Source: an uncultured Alphaproteobacteria bacterium
Lineage (GTDB): Bacteria; Pseudomonadota; Alphaproteobacteria; HIMB59; GCA-002718135
DNA length: 58,512 bases
Direction: 5' to 3'
NCBI GenBank assembly: GCA_902518985.1
Contig: CABYIF010000003.1
Span: 1-58,512 of the forward strand
Of this stretch, positions 46,771-55,708 are shown one piece after another; the first letter of the stretch is position 1, and every line of letters starts with the position of its first letter. The notes under the pieces were generated by a model that had not been told where the DNA came from, searched no databases, and saw only the letters and a list, made by a program, of their open reading frames with translations. A program made the position numbers and the translations under genes.

Positions 46771-47832
46771 ATGAAAATTGGGATAGTTGGAACAGGAAAT
46801 ATATCATTTCGACATTTTGAAGAGTTTAATAAAATAGATGGTGTAAAAATTGAAGCAGTTTGTGATACTAATAAGGAAAACTTAGAAAAATTTTTGTCAT
46901 TATATAAAGAACATAAAATAAGAGGTTATTCTTCTTTAGAAAACATGCTTTCTAGTGAGAAGAATTTTGATGGTATTACTAATGCTACTCCTGATAAATT
47001 TCACAAAGATACATCAATTAAAATTTTAAATAGTGGTTATAATATTTTTTGTGAAAAACCTTTAGCTGAAAATTATAAAGATGCGAAATTAATGGTTGAA
47101 GCTGCAATAAATACAAAAAAAATAAATATGATTAATTTTACTTACCGCGAGTCAAGTGCATATCAAAAATTAGTTGATATTATTAAATCTGGGGAAGTGG
47201 GAATACCTCGACATGTTAGTGCATGTTATTATCAATCATGGCTTTCAAGTAATAAATGGGGAGACTGGAGAAAAGAAGATAAGTGGCTATGGAGACTATC
47301 CAAAAAACATGGAAGTAATGGTGCTCTTGGAGACACAGGGGTTCATATATTTGATTTCGCTATTAATGCAGTTGGGGACATAAAGGAAATATTTACAGAT
47401 ATAAAAACATATTATGACAAAGGAAAACAAATAGGTGATTATACTCTTGATGCTAATGACGGCTTTAATTCTCTTGTTAGATTTGAAAATGGAGCAATAG
47501 GCACAATAACTAATACAAGATATGCTACAGGACATGCAAACTCTATTATTTTAGAGGTATTTTGTACAAAAGGCGCTTTAAAAGTCGAGTTAGATGAATC
47601 CAGATCAAAATGGTCAACATTAAATATCTGTCAAAATGAGAATATTAATAAAATGATTTGGGAGAAAATTGAATGCCCTAAAACACCTAATAACTATGAA
47701 AATTTTGTTAAATCAATAAAACACAACTCTAAAATTCAACCAGATTTTAATCAGGGTGCAAAAATACAAAAAATTATTGATTCTTGCATAAAAAGTAATG
47801 ACAATAATATTTGGGTTGATATAAATAATTAG
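46771..47832 (+). CDS. Gfo/Idh/MocA-family NAD(P)-dependent oxidoreductase (ThuB-like partner)
   Basis: 353 aa. Contains the Rossmann motif KIGIVGTGNIS, and FCEKPLA. Confidence 0.85.
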   Translation: MKIGIVGTGNISFRHFEEFNKIDGVKIEAVCDTNKENLEKFLSLYKEHKIRGYSSLENMLSSEKNFDGITNATPDKFHKDTSIKILNSGYNIFCEKPLAENYKDAKLMVEAAINTKKINMINFTYRESSAYQKLVDIIKSGEVGIPRHVSACYYQSWLSSNKWGDWRKEDKWLWRLSKKHGSNGALGDTGVHIFDFAINAVGDIKEIFTDIKTYYDKGKQIGDYTLDANDGFNSLVRFENGAIGTITNTRYATGHANSIILEVFCTKGALKVELDESRSKWSTLNICQNENINKMIWEKIECPKTPNNYENFVKSIKHNSKIQPDFNQGAKIQKIIDSCIKSNDNNIWVDINN

Positions 47833-47885
47833 ATAAGAACTTAAAGTTAGTTCTTCACTTGAAAGATCGCTCAAAGGAGGATGAA

Positions 47886-48965
47886 GTGGCTGATATAAAT
47901 ATAAATACAGTTAATAAATATTTTGGAGATGTTCATGTAATTAAGGACATATCCTTAGATATAAAAAGTCAATCATTTACAGTTCTAGTTGGACCTAGTG
48001 GATGTGGTAAATCTACTATGCTTAGAATGATTGCTGGTCTTGAAGATATAAATTCTGGAACAATTTCGATAGATGGTCAAATAGTCAATGATTTACCACC
48101 TAAACAAAGAAATATTGCAATGGTATTTCAATCATATGCACTTTACCCACATATGACAGTTTTTGATAATATGGCTTTTGGTCTGAAATTAGAAAAGAGA
48201 TCAAAAGATGAGATTAATGATAGAGTTAATGAAGCTGCAAGAATTTTACAAATTGAAGATTATTTAAAAAGAAAACCAAAACAATTATCTGGTGGTCAAA
48301 GACAAAGAGTTGCAATTGGTAGAGCAATAACAAGAAAACCAAAGGTATTTCTTTTTGATGAACCTTTATCAAATTTGGATGCTGCATTAAGAGTTCAAAT
48401 GAGAGTTGAGTTAGCTAAGCTTCATAATGAATTAGAAGCAACAATGATTTACGTTACACATGATCAAACAGAAGCTATGACACTAGCTGATGATATTGTG
48501 GTTTTAGATACAGGAATAGTTTCGCAAAAAGGATCACCTTTAGAACTATATGACAAACCAAATAATATGTTTGTTGGCGGATTTATAGGTTCGCCTAAAA
48601 TGAATTTTGTTTCTACAAAAATAATATCAAAAAGTAACGACTCAACTGAAGTTGACTTGATGGGCATGTCTAAAATAGTGGTTCCAAAATTGTCAGCATC
48701 TTCATCAGAAGGAGATTCTGTAACTCTTGGTATCAGGCCTGAGCACTTATTAGTTAATCAAGATTCTGATGGAAGCTGGGAAAGTAAAGTTTTTGTTGTA
48801 GAAAAACTTGGTTCTGGGACTTTCTTATATTTAGAAAAAGACGGCGAACCATTAGTTGTTGAAACAGAAGGACACTCTAATATTAAAGTTGGTGATACAG
48901 TCAAAGTCGGATTTCAATCCAATAGATGTCATTTATTTGATAGCTCACAACAAGCCTTTAAATAA
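47886..48965 (+). CDS. MalK/UgpC-type ABC sugar-import ATPase with a C-terminal regulatory (TOBE-like) domain
   Basis: GTG start 5 nt after AAGGAGG (47874-47880); the track's TTG at 47859 is less likely. Contains Walker A GPSGCGKST, LSGGQRQRVAIGRA, LFDEPLSNLD and the H-loop VTHDQ. Confidence 0.9.
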   Translation: MADININTVNKYFGDVHVIKDISLDIKSQSFTVLVGPSGCGKSTMLRMIAGLEDINSGTISIDGQIVNDLPPKQRNIAMVFQSYALYPHMTVFDNMAFGLKLEKRSKDEINDRVNEAARILQIEDYLKRKPKQLSGGQRQRVAIGRAITRKPKVFLFDEPLSNLDAALRVQMRVELAKLHNELEATMIYVTHDQTEAMTLADDIVVLDTGIVSQKGSPLELYDKPNNMFVGGFIGSPKMNFVSTKIISKSNDSTEVDLMGMSKIVVPKLSASSSEGDSVTLGIRPEHLLVNQDSDGSWESKVFVVEKLGSGTFLYLEKDGEPLVVETEGHSNIKVGDTVKVGFQSNRCHLFDSSQQAFK

Positions 48966-48980
48966 TAGAATCGTTATTAT

Positions 48981-49005
48981 AAATGCCCTATAAAATGGGG
49001 CATTT
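48981..49005 (+). terminator. Hairpin after the MalK-type gene
   Basis: AAATGCCC-(9 nt)-GGGCATTT forms an 8-bp stem. The only T-run is the TTT of the stem itself. Confidence 0.45.
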
Positions 49006-49019
49006 CCAAAGCGTTTTGG
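49006..49019. promoter_or_regulatory. Third, slightly degenerate copy of the LacI-type operator, with no obvious downstream gene
   Basis: CCAAAGCGTTTTGG differs by one change from the perfect palindrome. It directly abuts the terminator hairpin in a 195-nt gap between convergent genes. Confidence 0.4.
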
Positions 49020-49058
49020 TCAAATATGGCTTATAATTACTAATAATCTATAATATTA

Positions 49059-49129
49059 CATGGGCAGAGGGTTTTCATATTATTTCCTCCTATAAGAAGT
49101 ATTCCTCTTATAAAACTTTTCTGCCCATG
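49059..49129. other. Long imperfect hairpin (about 71 nt), possible small structured RNA or protein-binding element
   Basis: CATGGGCAGA (49059-49068) pairs perfectly with TCTGCCCATG (49120-49129). The stem extends via G-U pairs and TTTT/AAAA. There is an inner hairpin, ATAAGAAG...CCTCTTAT. No flanking T-tract on either strand. Confidence 0.35.
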
Positions 49130-49160
49130 ATTAAGAAAAGTTATTTAAGAGGGATACCTG

Positions 49161-50312
49161 TTATAGTTTTTTTAGATGTGTCCAATTTTTTGTTTTTTTA
49201 ATTGGCAAATATGGCTCAAGCTCTTCAATTACTTTTTCTGATAATTTTCTGTAGGTTGTAAGTTTCCCTCCATAAATATTTAATAATGGAGCATTCATAT
49301 TTTGAATGTTTAAATCAAAAATATAGTCTCTGGTTACTTTAGAGGCCTCTTTAAAATCTTCTATTAAAGGTCTTATACCAGAATATGTACTAATTATATC
49401 ACTTGTAGAAATTTGTTTTATAAAATGATCATTAATTGTATCTATCAAATAAAATTTTTCTTCCTCTGAAATTTTAGGGTTATCTGGTTTTTCAACATCA
49501 ACTTCGGTAGTACCAATTAGAGAGTATTCTTTGTTGTGCGGAATAACAAAAACAATACGATTATCGTTGTTTTGCAAAGTAAAAGCAATTTCCTCATTAT
49601 ATAATTTTCTAGTGATGATATGACTTCCACGCACAAGTCTAATTGATTTCTTTGTATTAATATTAATTACATTATTTACCGTTTCATTAATCCACGGCCC
49701 TGCAGCATTAATTAAAATACTTGCTTTAACTATTTCATTATTTTCTAGAGTTATACTCCAACCATTGCTTTCATTTTTTGCATTTATTACTTTTTTATTT
49801 TCTACTATCTTAGCCCCCATATTCTTTGCATCATCTATATTCATTTCTACTAATTTTTTATCATCAACTTGTACATCGTAATATTTAAAGCCAGTAGAAA
49901 ATTTTGGTTGTAAGATATTTGAATAATCTGTCATTAAATTCACTTTTGAAGATTTTGGGATTTTCGTTTTACCACCAAGATTATCATATAAAAATAATCC
50001 AAATTTTATCAATAATTTTGATCTTAGTTTTTTTTTATAAGGAATTATAAATGGAAGTGGATTTGTAATTTCAGAAGCAATATTTGTGATTACCTCTCTC
50101 TCTTTTAAAGACTCTCTTACTAATTTAAATTCATAATTCTCAAGGTATCTAAGACCTCCATGAATTAATTTTGAAGACCATGATGATGTAGCGGATCCTA
50201 CTTTGCCTTTATCTGCAAGATAAACACTTAGACCTCTCCCACTTGCATCTCTAGCAATTCCTGCTCCATTAATTCCTCCACCAATTATGAATAAATCATA
50301 TTTCTTTGACAT
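49161..50312 (-). CDS. glpD: FAD-dependent glycerol-3-phosphate dehydrogenase-like oxidoreductase, short form
   Basis: 383 aa. The N-terminus YDLFIIGGGINGAGIARDASGRGLSV...SSKLIHGGLRYLE is GlpD-like. It lacks about 100 C-terminal residues relative to the roughly 500-aa classical GlpD. Confidence 0.75.
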   Translation of the reverse strand: MSKKYDLFIIGGGINGAGIARDASGRGLSVYLADKGKVGSATSSWSSKLIHGGLRYLENYEFKLVRESLKEREVITNIASEITNPLPFIIPYKKKLRSKLLIKFGLFLYDNLGGKTKIPKSSKVNLMTDYSNILQPKFSTGFKYYDVQVDDKKLVEMNIDDAKNMGAKIVENKKVINAKNESNGWSITLENNEIVKASILINAAGPWINETVNNVININTKKSIRLVRGSHIITRKLYNEEIAFTLQNNDNRIVFVIPHNKEYSLIGTTEVDVEKPDNPKISEEEKFYLIDTINDHFIKQISTSDIISTYSGIRPLIEDFKEASKVTRDYIFDLNIQNMNAPLLNIYGGKLTTYRKLSEKVIEELEPYLPIKKTKNWTHLKKL

Positions 50313-50363
50313 TTTACTGATATTTTATATTAAAATTTTTTTTTGACATACAAACTAAAAAGA

Positions 50364-50969
50364 TCAAGTTAAAAATTTATTTATCTCTTTCTCAATTGTT
50401 TCTGGATTTGATAAATGTATAGTTTTAAAATTTAGTATTTTTGCAGCTTCAATATTTTCTAATTTATCGTCAATAAAAACAGTTTCTCGAGGTATTAAAT
50501 CAAAACGTTTAATAGCAAGACGATAAATTGCAAGATCAGGTTTAATTAACTTATCTTCACCAGAAATTAATAAACCATTAAATTCTTTTAAAAAAGGGTA
50601 GTCTTGTATCATAGATTTATCTGGTCCATAAAAAGTTTCAGCTGACCAATTTGATAGAACATAACATTGATAATTATTTTTAATAAGTGATTTAAAAACT
50701 TTAATTGAAGAGCCAAAAGTTCCTTTAATCATTTTGCGATGATTTTGATAATACATTTTAATTTGTTTTTTATAATGAGGGAACTTAGGTAATAATTCTT
50801 GCTCAGCTTCTTTTATGCTTCGTCCAGCATCTTGCATTATATTCCATTCGTTTGTGCAAACTTTATTTAAAAAGTATATTCTTTCTTCATCTGTTTCAAA
50901 AATATCCTTATAAAAATAATTTGGATCCCAATCGAAAAATACACCGCCCAAATCAAAAAGAAATTTCAT
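50364..50969 (-). CDS. HAD-superfamily hydrolase (subfamily IA)
   Basis: 201 aa. Motif I is FDLGGVFFDW and motif IV is FIDD. Confidence 0.75.
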   Translation of the reverse strand: MKFLFDLGGVFFDWDPNYFYKDIFETDEERIYFLNKVCTNEWNIMQDAGRSIKEAEQELLPKFPHYKKQIKMYYQNHRKMIKGTFGSSIKVFKSLIKNNYQCYVLSNWSAETFYGPDKSMIQDYPFLKEFNGLLISGEDKLIKPDLAIYRLAIKRFDLIPRETVFIDDKLENIEAAKILNFKTIHLSNPETIEKEINKFLT

Positions 50970-51017
50970 GTTTATGTAATAAATTTAAAAAATGATCTAT
51001 AATAATATTTAATATAT

Positions 51018-51896
51018 ATGAAAAAAACAATAGATTTTATTCAAAAAGAAACTTTTAAAATTTATAAAAAAAAATATACAAAAAAATACATACAAAATAA
51101 TTTAATTCCTATTATAGATTTTATACTTTTGTCAAAAAAAAATAAATTTTTAATTAGTGGATCACAAGGTATTGGCAAAACATCACTTATTAAAATTATT
51201 TCAAATATACTAAATAAAATTTATAAAAAAAAAATAATCACATTGAGTTTAGATGATTATTACTTTTCAAAAAAAAATAGACTATTTTTAGCTAAGAAAG
51301 AACATAATTTGTTAATTACAAGAGGAGTGCCAGGAACTCATGATGTCAAAAAATTAACAAGTGACATTAAAAAATATAACAAATCTAAATTTCCAATAAA
51401 AACTCCATTATTTGATAAGCTAATTGACGATACATTAAAAAGAAAAAAAATTATAAAAAATAAATCAGATATTTTAATTCTTGAAGGTTGGTGTTGTGGG
51501 TGCAATAATATAGATGAGCAATATTTATATAAAAATATTAATCAATTAGAAAAGAAATTTGATAAGAATTACAAATGGAGAAATTATTATAATAATAAAC
51601 TTAATAACGAATATAAAAAACTATTTGATTTATTTGAGGTAAAAATTTTTATAAAAGCTCCATCATTTAAACATGTAGTTGATTGGAGATTAAAGCAAGA
51701 ACTTAATAATTATTCTTATTCAAAGAAATCAAAGAAAATGGATGTCAATGAAATTAAGATATTTGTTCAGCACTATGAAAAAATAACAAAGTGGATGATA
51801 AAAGAATATAAAAAAATAGCTGACTTAGTTATTAATGTTGATAAAAATCAAAAAATTGTCTCATTAAAATCTAATAAAAGAAAACCCATTTTTTAA
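51018..51896 (+). CDS. P-loop kinase of the uridine kinase/PRK-like family (D-glycerate 3-kinase-like)
   Basis: 292 aa. Contains GSQGIGKTSL (P-loop), LSLDDYY, RGVPGTHD and LILEGWC motifs. Confidence 0.6.
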   Translation: MKKTIDFIQKETFKIYKKKYTKKYIQNNLIPIIDFILLSKKNKFLISGSQGIGKTSLIKIISNILNKIYKKKIITLSLDDYYFSKKNRLFLAKKEHNLLITRGVPGTHDVKKLTSDIKKYNKSKFPIKTPLFDKLIDDTLKRKKIIKNKSDILILEGWCCGCNNIDEQYLYKNINQLEKKFDKNYKWRNYYNNKLNNEYKKLFDLFEVKIFIKAPSFKHVVDWRLKQELNNYSYSKKSKKMDVNEIKIFVQHYEKITKWMIKEYKKIADLVINVDKNQKIVSLKSNKRKPIF

Positions 51897-52332
51897 CAGA
51901 TTTACAATATCTATCATACTCATCTTTAAATTTATTTTTTAAAAATTTTTCTTCCTCTTCAATTATAATGTTGTTTAACCAAAAAAATAATCCAATGGAA
52001 CATAAAAAATATGCAATATTTTCAAAAGTTAAAAACATACCTAAATGAAATAATACAAATGATAAATAAATTGGATTTCTTGAATAAGCATAAATTCCTG
52101 TTTTTATTATTTTGTATGTGTCTGACTCAGGTAGGGGATTTTCTTCATGTGCGTAGAAGGCATTTCTTGATGAGAAAAATATAATAGGTGAAACTAAAAT
52201 TAAGAAAAAACCTAGCAGATTAATAATGAATAACATTGGGTACTTTGGAAAAATAAATTCACCAATAATATAAGAAATAATTAGTAAATATACCGATATA
52301 TGAAGTGGATTTCCTTTTATATTAGGGCCCAT
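51871..52332 (-). CDS. Membrane methyltransferase (ICMT/PEMT family)
   Basis: 153 aa with 4 TM segments. Contains GIYAYSRNPIYLSFVLFHLG and the C-terminal EEEEKFLKNKFKDEYDRY. Confidence 0.65.
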   Translation of the reverse strand: MGPNIKGNPLHISVYLLIISYIIGEFIFPKYPMLFIINLLGFFLILVSPIIFFSSRNAFYAHEENPLPESDTYKIIKTGIYAYSRNPIYLSFVLFHLGMFLTFENIAYFLCSIGLFFWLNNIIIEEEEKFLKNKFKDEYDRYCKSVKKWVFFY

Positions 52333-52991
52333 TATAAATCCTTTATTGCTTTACTTAAATTTTGATAATCATCAAAAACCCTTAATGCTCCATTATCATA
52401 TAATTCATTTTTGTCTCTATTTGAATACCAATGTTGACCTGCAGTTAGGCCATAAACTTTTGGTCCAGCCATGTAACCTGCCTTTACACCAATTCCACTA
52501 TCCTCGATAATTATTGTTTCATTTATTTTTAAGTGATTGTCATGAATTACCTTTAAGTATACGTCAGGATCTGGTTTTGGATTTTTAACCATATCAAATG
52601 AATAAATTTTATTATTTGGGAAATCTAAAGAAAGACCAACTATTTTTAAACCTTTGATAATCCTATCTTTGTTGCTATTTGACCCAATAAAATGATTTCT
52701 TTTTGAGTTTGAAACAAAATTTTTAAAACCTTCTATAAGTTTTAAATCTTTAGAATAAACTTTAGATACTAATTCAAATATATCTAATGAAAATTTTTCC
52801 TTATTTTCAATATTATATTTTTTTGATAATATATCGATGACTTTTATCGTTTTCATTCCTGCATAATAATAAAAATCTTCTTCTTTTACTTCATGGCCTC
52901 TATCTTTCAAATAAGTAGCAAAAGCTTTTGAAACGAGAATTTCGCTATCAACTATTACCCCATCAAAATCAAATATTATATTTTTAATCAT
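52332..52991 (-). CDS. HAD-superfamily phosphatase (beta-phosphoglucomutase-like)
   Basis: 219 aa. Motif I is IIFDFDGVIVDSE and motif IV is IIEDSGIGVKAG. Confidence 0.8.
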   Translation of the reverse strand: MIKNIIFDFDGVIVDSEILVSKAFATYLKDRGHEVKEEDFYYYAGMKTIKVIDILSKKYNIENKEKFSLDIFELVSKVYSKDLKLIEGFKNFVSNSKRNHFIGSNSNKDRIIKGLKIVGLSLDFPNNKIYSFDMVKNPKPDPDVYLKVIHDNHLKINETIIIEDSGIGVKAGYMAGPKVYGLTAGQHWYSNRDKNELYDNGALRVFDDYQNLSKAIKDL

Positions 52992-54090
52992 CTATTCTTG
53001 ATACTTTATAGTCAGAATTATTGAGCCAATCTGGATTTATTTCCACACCCCAGCCAGGAATATCTTTAATTTCAACTTTTCCATCATCTATAAAGTATGG
53101 ATCATTTAAAAAAAGATTTTGTTGCCATGGATAATAATCTTCTCCTTCAATTGAGAATTCTAAATATGGTCCTGCATTTTCAATTGCCTTTAAAAAATGC
53201 ATTGTACAAATTGTTACAAGAGATAGATTTGCTGTATGAGGGGTACAAATAAAACCACCCTCTTTTATTATGCTAGCTGCTTTAAGTGCTTTAGTCAAAC
53301 CACCCATATACATTACATCTGGTTGAAAAATATTTACAATTCTTCTTTTAACCATATCTTTCCAAATTCTTAAATCACAATCTTGCTCACCTCCAGTTAC
53401 ATCAATTTTTAATGCATCTGTAACTATTCTTGTTTGATCAGGCTTCCAATATGGGCATGGTTCCTCAAAATGTGTAACATTGTTATCTTCTAATAATTTT
53501 CCTATCTCAATAGCCTGATGTGGTTCATAGCAACTATTTGCATCAACCATTTTAATTATATTTTTATCAAAAGATTGGTTAATTGTTCTAACAATATCTT
53601 CCGTTCTTCCTTCCCACTCATCTTTACCTCTGCCACATTCAGACCCTACTCGAAACTTAAAAGCGTTTACACCTTTTTCATTATGCAGTTTTTTAAATCT
53701 TTCTGCTTCATCAAAAGGCTTAATATCTCTTTTCATTGAAGATCCATATATTCTAAGCTTACCAGGACTGCCACCTATTAGAGAAACAACTGGTTTATTT
53801 TCAATTTTTCCTTTTAGATCCCAGAGTGCTGTATCTAAGCCTGCAATAGCTCTAAGTAAATAAGATCCTGGAAATTTATGTTCTCTTTCAAAAATAAAAT
53901 CTTCAAGGTCATCAAAATTGAAATATTCTTTACCCAAAACCCATGGAGCTACTTGTTTATGAAATATTTGAGCTGTTATATCAGCATGATATGTAGACAT
54001 TTGTCCAAATCCTGTGGCCCCATCCTCAACAGTAATTTTTACAAAACTCACATAAGGTTTTGTGAATGTTTCAAGCTTGATAATTTTCAT
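52984..54090 (-). CDS. Enolase-superfamily enzyme (mandelate racemase/muconate-lactonising family; sugar-acid dehydratase-like)
   Basis: 368 aa. Metal-ligand contexts are present: MVDANS, FEEPC and GEQD. Confidence 0.85.
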   Translation of the reverse strand: MKIIKLETFTKPYVSFVKITVEDGATGFGQMSTYHADITAQIFHKQVAPWVLGKEYFNFDDLEDFIFEREHKFPGSYLLRAIAGLDTALWDLKGKIENKPVVSLIGGSPGKLRIYGSSMKRDIKPFDEAERFKKLHNEKGVNAFKFRVGSECGRGKDEWEGRTEDIVRTINQSFDKNIIKMVDANSCYEPHQAIEIGKLLEDNNVTHFEEPCPYWKPDQTRIVTDALKIDVTGGEQDCDLRIWKDMVKRRIVNIFQPDVMYMGGLTKALKAASIIKEGGFICTPHTANLSLVTICTMHFLKAIENAGPYLEFSIEGEDYYPWQQNLFLNDPYFIDDGKVEIKDIPGWGVEINPDWLNNSDYKVSRIDD

Positions 54091-55703
54091 TTTATCTTCT
54101 TTATATCTTCAATAATTAACTTACTACCTAAATTAGCTAACATCATAACAGTAGCGTTAATATTGCCAGATGTAATATTTGGGAACACAGATGCATCCAC
54201 TATCCATAAATTTTCCAATCCGTGAACTTTTAATCTCTTTGAAACAACTCCATTTTTAGAGTCAATTGACATTTTACAAGTACTACATGGATGATAAACA
54301 GAAACTGCATTTTCTTTAAAATGATCAATCATTTCATCATCTGTAGCATTTAATAAATCATTGTTAATTGTTTCCTCACTAATGGTGGTAATAGATTTTG
54401 TCTTGGCTAGTTTTTTTGCAAAATCTACCGCGCATAGAACGTCATGAATATCTTCTTCATGACTTAAAAAATTAGGATCTATAATTGGTTCTTCATCCAT
54501 ATTAGGACTTTTAATTGATATCTCCCCTAAACTCTTAGGGCGACATGAATTGTATCCAATAATAAAACCATCAAATTTATCTGTTTTTAAAAGTGGTCTT
54601 TTATTTTTATGAGTAATTGAATATGTTATTGGATTAAAATAAATTTGTAGATTTGGATAATTGTGCCTTGAATTCCAATTCAAATATCCCCCAGCCTGAT
54701 TTAAGCTAAGAGCAAAAGCTCCTTTTCTATAATAAATGTATTTTAATACTTCTTCAATTCTGCCTGACCAAGTTCCCAGTGAACTATTCAAAGATGTGTG
54801 GTTTGTTCTAAATAAATAATCTAAACCTATATGGTCTTGTAAATTTTTTCCTACATTTGTATTGTTTATAACAACATCTTTATCAATAGATTTGATCTTG
54901 CTTGGATCTCCGATTCCTGAATGCATAAGAATATACGGTGTCATGATTGATCCAGAAGATAAAATTGTTCCTATATTTGGTTTAATTTTAAAATTATTTC
55001 CATTTGAGACTAATTCTAAGGAATGAATTTTATTATCTTTAATTATAAGTTTTTTAACTTTTGTATTTGTCATCAATTTAATTCTATTATTATTAATTAG
55101 AGGCTTTAAAAATACTTTTGAAGATGAGTGTCTTACTCCTTTAAAAGTATTAATATTGTAATGTCCAACTTGATTAAAAATATCAGTATCAAGATTTCTA
55201 TTAAATTTTATGTTGAGTTCATTACAACCAGCAAAAAAATATTTTAAAATTGGATGATGTAAATTACTCACATCATTTACAGGTATTTTATTTTGATCTA
55301 GAATATTAGTATTTTCATCAATTTTTTGCTCAATTTCATCAAAATTATTTTTAATATTAGTTAAACTCCAATGATCATTATGCTCCCACTCAGAGTAATC
55401 AGTATCCAAGCCCCTAGCATAAACCATTCCGTTTATAGAGCTTGAACCTCCAAGAACCTTACCTCTTGGATAATAAATTTCCCTATTATAAAGATTGTTT
55501 TGTTTTTCAGAGTAAAAATTCCAATTTATTTTTTTATTATAAAAAGTCATACCATAACCAAGAGGGACGTCTATGACTAAACTATTATCTTTTGGCCCTG
55601 CTTCTATAAGTAGAATTTTGTAATTTGTATTATTTATAAATTTATTAGCTATAATACAGCCTGCAGATCCTGCTCCAACAATTACTATATCAATGTTATT
55701 CAA
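54087..55703 (-). CDS. GMC-family FAD oxidoreductase (choline/sugar dehydrogenase-like)
   Basis: 538 aa. Contains IVIVGAGSAGCIIA, GKVLGGSSSINGMVY and the C-terminal HPCSTCKM...VDASVFP. Confidence 0.9.
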   Translation of the reverse strand: MNNIDIVIVGAGSAGCIIANKFINNTNYKILLIEAGPKDNSLVIDVPLGYGMTFYNKKINWNFYSEKQNNLYNREIYYPRGKVLGGSSSINGMVYARGLDTDYSEWEHNDHWSLTNIKNNFDEIEQKIDENTNILDQNKIPVNDVSNLHHPILKYFFAGCNELNIKFNRNLDTDIFNQVGHYNINTFKGVRHSSSKVFLKPLINNNRIKLMTNTKVKKLIIKDNKIHSLELVSNGNNFKIKPNIGTILSSGSIMTPYILMHSGIGDPSKIKSIDKDVVINNTNVGKNLQDHIGLDYLFRTNHTSLNSSLGTWSGRIEEVLKYIYYRKGAFALSLNQAGGYLNWNSRHNYPNLQIYFNPITYSITHKNKRPLLKTDKFDGFIIGYNSCRPKSLGEISIKSPNMDEEPIIDPNFLSHEEDIHDVLCAVDFAKKLAKTKSITTISEETINNDLLNATDDEMIDHFKENAVSVYHPCSTCKMSIDSKNGVVSKRLKVHGLENLWIVDASVFPNITSGNINATVMMLANLGSKLIIEDIKKIK

Positions 55704-55708
55704 TTTTT

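Noticed and set aside
51871-51896. 26-nt convergent overlap of the kinase and ICMT-like genes, considered as a possible antisense regulatory feature.
   Set aside because: It is a simple 3'-3' overlap in a tightly packed genome, with no additional structure visible.
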